Shown here one piece after another: positions 59,580 to 64,000 of a stretch of DNA of 64,000 nucleotides. The stretch lies in the NCBI RefSeq assembly GCF_009914755.1, contig NC_060927.1, one strand, 5' to 3'. The notes beneath the pieces are model-generated. The model was not told the origin of the DNA. It saw only the letters and a program-made list of their open reading frames with translations, and searched no databases. Position 1 is the stretch's first letter; each line of letters starts with the position of its first letter. The stretch is from the human T2T-CHM13v2.0 reference genome, Homo sapiens. Both the position numbers and the translations under genes were made by a program.

Positions 59580-60148
59580 TTTTTTTTTTTTTAATTGTAC
59601 TTTAAGTTCTGGGTTACATGTGCAGAATGTGCAGTTTTGTTATGTATGTATACACATGCCGTATGGTTTGCTGCACCCATCAACCTGTCACCAACATTAG
59701 GTAATTCTTCTAATGTTATCCCTCCCATAGCCCCCCACCCCCCACAGGCCCTGGTGTGTGATGTTCCCCTCCCTGTGTCCATGTGTTCTAATTGTTCAAC
59801 TCCCACTTATGAGTGAGAACATGCAGTGTTTGGTTTTCTGTCCCTGTGTTAGTTTGCTTAGAATGATGGTTTCCAGCTTCATCCATGTCCCTAAAAAGGA
59901 CATGAACTCATCCTTTTTTATGGCTGCACAGTATTCCATGGTGTATATGTGCCACATTTTCTTAATCCAGTCTATCATTGATGGACATTTGGGTTGGTTC
60001 CAAGTCTTTGCTATTGTGAATAGTGCTGCAATAAACATATGTGTGCATGTGTCTTTATCATAGAATGATTTATAATCCTTTGGGTATATGCCCAGTAATG
60101 GGATTGCTGGGTCAAATGGTATTTCTCGTTCTAGATCCTTGAGGAATC
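59580..60148 (-). mobile_element. L1PA 3' end (~570 bp) inserted in decayed L2 (~58400-61750)
   Basis: T-run, reverse L1PA 3' UTR and ORF2 C-terminus; flanks caggcac(t/c)tca at 59568 and 60149. Confidence 0.92.
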
Positions 60149-61959
60149 CAGGCACCTCAATTCTTACCTTGTTCAACCTCTCTCTAGTACTTGACACTAT
60201 TGAACTTTTCATTCTTGAAATTTCTTGACAACTAGAACATTTCTTTCCTGATTTCTTCCCGTTTCTCTGACCATACTTCTTCATCTCCCTAATGTGATCC
60301 TCTTAACTTTGCTCATCTTTTATGCCAGGAATTAAAAACTCAAATGCCTATCAGGCCAGGCAAGCAATATTTTTTAAAAATGAAACAGCTATAAGAAGTA
60401 GCAGCACCAATGTAAGGATTAATAGAAGTTGACATTGGCCTTGGTGTTATAAAGACAGTGGAGACTGTAAAGAACTGGAGAACAGGTATCTCATTCAAAG
60501 AAGGAAACTACTACTCAGCTCTGGTAGAATGTTGCTACATGAAAATGCAAGCCCAGTGGGGCCAGAGCTCCTGGTCTTAAGAGAATCTGGAAATCTTCAT
60601 TTTAAGGTAAAATTCCCTGATTTTTAAATGTTGGGGACAAAGTCTAATTTGGCTTTGTCAACCACGTAAAGCATGCTGAACTTATTTGTAAAATCTGTCT
60701 TAAATAACTGTATGCCTAATGGGTACACACTGGCCCTTTGGCTATTCCTCTACGTATTCTCCTTGTACCAGCTCATCTCTTCTCATGATCTTAACTTCCA
60801 CTGAGGAACTGAAGATCCCCATCTCTCAGCCTGGTTTCTCCTGTGACAGTCAGATTTATAAATCCAATTATTTGCTGGATGTTATACTTGGATGTTCAGT
60901 GAGCAATTCAAGTTCCCCATGTCTAAACTTGAGCTCATGATTTCCAAACATCTCTTCCACCCTCTCAGCTAGTTTTATCACCATCCTCCTAGCCATTTGA
61001 TCTAGATCTCTAGGAATTAATCTGGACTTTGGCTGTTATTGTTGCTCTCTGCCATTCACAGCTTTCCAAGGCCTCCAACTGCATCTGTTATACCGTGTGT
61101 ACTACTACCACTGTCTTCATTAAGGTCCTCAACATCTCTTACTTGAAATAACACATTAGACTCCTAAGTATTCCCAACCCATTTGCCTACCTCCAGGTTA
61201 GCCACATCAAAACATATTCTTTCTACAGAGACCAGAGTGATAAATGCAAATCTGATTACTCCCGCTTCCCCCCACTACATCTTCTTGAAACATTTCAAGG
61301 TTTCCCATTGCCTACAGAGTCAAGCCCTATCTTGAAAGTAAGGTTTTCATGACTTTGCCCCTCCTTTTCTAGTACTTGATGCTCTGGCACTGCCAAATAG
61401 CCTGTAGCTTCTCACACATACCATTGTGCTTCCTGCCTCCTTGACTTTGTTCTTTCCTTTTTTTCTGTCTTTCCACATTCTTCTCGATACCCCTTAATTC
61501 TTACTGTTCAAAATACTTCCATTTCTGGAACTCCCTCCCTGAATTTTTACTTTGGGCCAAGAGTTCCCCATCTGGGCCCCCATAATCACTATGCTTATGT
61601 GGCACAGCTCTTCCTATGTCACATTGTAACAGTGTGTGTATGTGGGTGTCTTCTCCCTCCAGCCAGCAATCTGCCCTAGGGTAGTAATTGTGCTCTAATT
61701 CATCCGTATCCCCTCACTCCATCTTAGCATATAATACAATTCCTGACACATGATGCAATAAATATCACCAAACTAAACTGAACTAATACTTCAGTTAGGG
61801 AAGTAGAAGCAGAAATCATGGTTCTTGGTAATGAGAAATTTCCCAGGGATAAGAAATGGGGGTGGAATTTAACCCAGGTCATAAAACAAGGAGAATTCAG
61901 GATAAATTTCATGTGTACCATGCAAAGCCACAAGAAGAAAACAGAGCTAAGTGGTAGTA

Positions 61960-62580
61960 CACTAAAATCCCAGAAGATGGGGTTATAGCCTCATCATGCT
62001 AGAGAGACAAATGCAGTCTTGGGCTATAGTGGTTGAAGCATCCGCGTCCAACTCCAGAGAGGGAGTTGTCCCAGTGTTCCCCATGCTGCTCAGCCTATAG
62101 ACAGAATGCTGTCTCCCACTCTGGGGGCCTCAGGCTTGCATGACCAACTGAGAGATAGACACCAGCATGGTGAGGAGTTCCAAAGCCATGTCACTGAAGG
62201 GAAGGTTGAAGAGCTAGGATATTTAATCTCAAATAAAAAGAAATTCTTAGTGGAAATCTGAAAAGAGCATTAAAGCATTGGACGGCCCTTCATTTGAGAA
62301 AAGGAAAGTATGTGCTCATGAAGCACCTGAAAATAAAACTGGGACCAATAAATTAAAGCTACAGGGAAGCAAGTGACAATTGCATGTCAAGGACAATTGT
62401 CTAAAATTCAGGACTGCCCAGAAAGTAATGAACTGCTTCACCAAGTGATGAGCATCCAACCCCATGAGTGTTTGGGGAGATGCCAAACAGCCAGCTGCCA
62501 AGGCAGTTTTGGAAGGGGTGACAGCCTGGACTAGGTGACCAGTAGGTGACTTTCCAATGTTAAGAGCGTAGAATTCTGTG
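61960..62580. mobile_element. Ancient L3/CR1-like LINE remnant
   Basis: gaaggttgaagagctaggatatttaatct..caggactgcccagaaag..gtgatgagcatcc..gtgtttgg resembles a CR1/L3 3' region. Confidence 0.5.
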
Positions 62581-62967
62581 AGATTAGAGAAACCGCCTCC
62601 GTTTTTTTTTTTTCCCCCCTAAGGGAAAGGTTAAAGTTCTCCTCTCAAGTGAAGATACAGAGAGACAAAGAGCTTTCATTTGATTTCATCATCTTAGCAA
62701 TGTTTTGGCTCTGTTCTTTCCACGTGAAAGACCACGTTTGATCTTCCTGGTGTTCTCCAATCACCTACTTTCCTTGAACTCTAACCTCTATCTACAATCA
62801 TTCAGTCATTGTTAATTTGCCTGGTTTTCCCCCACCACCCCACTTCCTTTGGTACTGCAGTAGTGTAAGGAAATTCCCATTACTCTGTGGACAGAGATGA
62901 CTTTGGAAGGCCACAGAAGTGTAAATGGCTGTCCTCTGCTTCTGTTGTTGGAACTAGGTAGGAGGGA

Positions 62968-63332
62968 ATGTGTTTGGCCATTTTGCATTGCTATAAAGGA
63001 ATGACTGAGGCTGGGTAATTTATAAAGAAAAGAAATTTATTTTGGCTCACAGTCGTGCAGGCTGTACAAGAAGTATGGTGCCAACATCTATTTGGCTTCT
63101 GGTGAGGGCCTCAGGAAGCTTACAATCATGGCAGAAGGTGAGGGGATAACAGGCGCTTCTCATGGCGAGAGAGGGGGGAGGTGCAACACCCTTTTAAACG
63201 ACCAGCTCTCTGGGTGAACCTAGAGGAAGAAGTCACTCATTACCATGGGGATGGCCCCAAGCCATTCATGAGGAATCCGCCCCATGACCCAAACACCTCC
63301 CACTAGGCCCACCTCCAATACTGGGGATCATA
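62968..63332. mobile_element. MaLR solo LTR (MST-like)
   Basis: gcattgctataaaggaatgactgaggctgggtaatttataaagaaaaga..cccatgacccaaacacctcccactaggccc. Confidence 0.85.
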
Positions 63333-63927
63333 TTACCTTGCCTCATCAACTCTGACTTCTGTCCTTAAATACAGTTCTGTATCTCTCATTGTCCACAGAA
63401 CACATGTGCCATGTGTCATCACATCATGGAGTCTCTTGACTCAACATGACCCAACTAAAATATGCATAACTCCTCTTCCCAACACTGCCACCACCACCAA
63501 CTTGTTCCTGGTGTCCCTGCTTCCTTCACAGCTATCTGGTCACCATGAAGTGATGAATATGAAGGAAAGGTTAAGAGCACTGCTGAGATGTGGCACCTCA
63601 TGGCCATGCCCCTGAACCACAGTCAGCAACGACTTTCCTCCAGACTTCTACTGATTGGATAGAAGTAAAAAGGATAATTTGAGCCAGTGTAAGCTTGGCA
63701 TTCTGTTTCTTGCACTCAAATGTATTCAAAACTGGTATCCCAATTCTGATCAACTTCAGAGGCAGTGTTCTTCCTGGTTTAGCCCACTGAGACTTATTAC
63801 CAGTATTTAGAACACTTCTCAGTACATGGCCGACACTCAAATATATGTTAAATGAATAAATGAATGAATAACTAAATTCAACATCAAAGCATTAAAAAAT
63901 GTTAACCATTAAAAACATCGTGAGTAG

Positions 63928-64000
63928 ATTCTATTCACAACAGCAAAGTCATGGAACCAATCTAAATGTCCATCAGCAGTTGACTGAATAAAGAAAATGT
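63928..64000 (+). mobile_element. L1 fragment running off the window
   Basis: ctattcacaacagcaaagtcatggaaccaatctaaatgtccatca..ataaagaaaatgt. Confidence 0.75.

Overview
Human (or very close primate) genomic DNA, recognisable as the CLRN1 (clarin-1, Usher syndrome type 3A) locus. The only credible protein-coding sequence is CLRN1 coding exon 1 on the minus strand: ATG at 25792, 253 coding nt, GTAAGT donor at 25539. Positions 1-25539 are its long first intron, and exon 2 is not visible in the window. The right-hand ~38 kb is upstream sequence that, from memory of the annotation, is traversed by the antisense lncRNA CLRN1-AS1. Much of the window is transposon-derived: L1 of several ages, about 18 Alu/FLAM copies, MaLR/ERVL LTRs, Tigger1, MER47/MER44/MER33/MER5 DNA elements, MIR, L2 and L3. 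Nearly all ORFs in the track are repeat-derived or chance ORFs. I found no rRNA, tRNA, CRISPR or new multi-gene system. The most interesting observations are: a TSD-flanked, L1-type retrocopy of an ERV LTR fragment; a cluster of uORFs in the CLRN1 leader; an X-box/GATA/E-box module near the CLRN1 start; a CpG-retaining old repeat cluster with ETS sites in intron 1; a near-consensus AluYc1-like insertion; a microinversion inside an L1; and an Alu with a doubled tail. Repeat subfamily names come from my memory of consensus sequences, and boundaries of old repeats are approximate.
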